Source: Leucoraja ocellata (taxonomy: Eukaryota). Taken from it: DNA of 64,000 nucleotides. Below are positions 63,252 to 64,000 of this stretch, piece after piece. Location: contig JAWMAR010000238.1 of the NCBI GenBank assembly GCA_036785375.1, positions 3,348,001 through 3,412,000 of the forward strand, given 5' to 3'. The translations under genes were made by a program, and so were the position numbers. Under the pieces are notes generated by a model. It was not told the origin of the DNA and ran no database searches. It saw only the letters and a list, made by a program, of their open reading frames with translations. Positions within the stretch are counted from its first letter, which is position 1. Each line of letters opens with the position of its first letter.

Positions 63252-64000
63252 TAAGAAGGAACTGCAGATGCTGGAAAATGCTGAAGAAACTCAGCGGTTG
63301 AGGCAGCATCTATGGAGCGAAGGAAATAGGCAACGTTTCGGGTCGTAGCCATTCTTCAGACTGATATGAGGGTGGGGGGTGAGAAGAAAGGAAGAGGTGG
63401 AGCCAGAGGGCTGAAGGAGAGCTGAGAAGGGGAGAAAGTAGGGACTACCTGAAATTAGAGAAGTCAATGTTCATACCGCTGGGGTGCAAACTGCCCAAGC
63501 GAAATATGAGGTGCTGCTCCTCCAATTTATGGTGGTCCTCACTCTGGCCATGGAGGAGGCCCAGGACAGAAAGGTCGGATTCGGAATGGGAGGGGGAGTT
63601 GAAGTGCTGAGCCACCGGGAGATCAGGTTGGTTATTGCGAACCGAGCGGAGGTGTTCGGCGAAGCGATCGCCAAGCCTACGCTTGGTCTCACCGATGTAG
63701 AGCAGCTGACATCTAGAGGGTGGATGCAATAAATGAGTTTGGAGGAGTTGCAGGTGAATCTCTGCCACACCTAGAACGACTGCTTGGGTCCTTGAATGGA
63801 GTCAAGGGGGAGGTGAAGCGACAAGTGTAGCATTTCCTGCGGTTGCAAGGGAAAGTGCCCGGAGAGGGGGTGGTACAGGTGGGAAGGGACGAATTGACCA
63901 GGGAGTTACGGAGGGAGTGATCTCTGTGGAAAGCAGGCAGGGGAGGAGATGGGAAGATGTGGCAAGTGGTGGGATCACGTTGGAGGTGGCGAAAATGTCG
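63252..64000 (-). mobile_element. Penelope-like element: GIY-YIG endonuclease C-terminus + pLTR (continues beyond window)
   Basis: IYCI...LLYIGETKRRLGDRFAEHLRSV...PVAQHFNSPSH...LEEQHLIFRLGSLHPSGMNIDFS with a frameshift. Hammerhead-like core about 90 nt after the stop (63332-63359). Confidence 0.9.

Noticed and set aside
1-64000. Prokaryotic-style systems (operons, defence islands, CRISPR, retrons)
   Set aside because: The sequence is a spliced vertebrate gene. All RT and nuclease ORFs belong to eukaryotic retroelement clades.

Overview
Eukaryotic vertebrate genomic DNA, not prokaryotic. The repeat content (CR1/HER1-type LINEs, HE1/V-type SINEs, Rex1/Babar, L1/Tx1, Penelope-like elements) points to a cartilaginous fish, probably a skate or ray (inference). 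The + strand carries five coding exons of PPARGC1A (PGC-1alpha), equivalent to human exons 8-12: 9182-10142, 12488-12604, 16460-16580, 16669-16790 and 17787-17938. All have GT-AG ends and matching phases. They encode the TPPTTPP degron, the DHDY HCF-binding motif, the RS domain and the RRM. I could not find the canonical last exon in the 46 kb after exon 12, which includes two N gaps, but a phase-compatible candidate terminal exon lies at 39595-39809. The rest is intron or intergenic DNA dense with transposons. Highlights: about a dozen Penelope-derived terminal repeats carrying a minimal hammerhead-ribozyme core, some as back-to-back palindromes; a non-autonomous Helitron with a ~0.9 kb polypyrimidine tract; a PIF/Harbinger MITE; a SINE-like family with swapped LINE tails; several nested insertions; and GC-rich minisatellites. 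Repeat boundaries were read by eye and are approximate unless a TSD or TIR is given.
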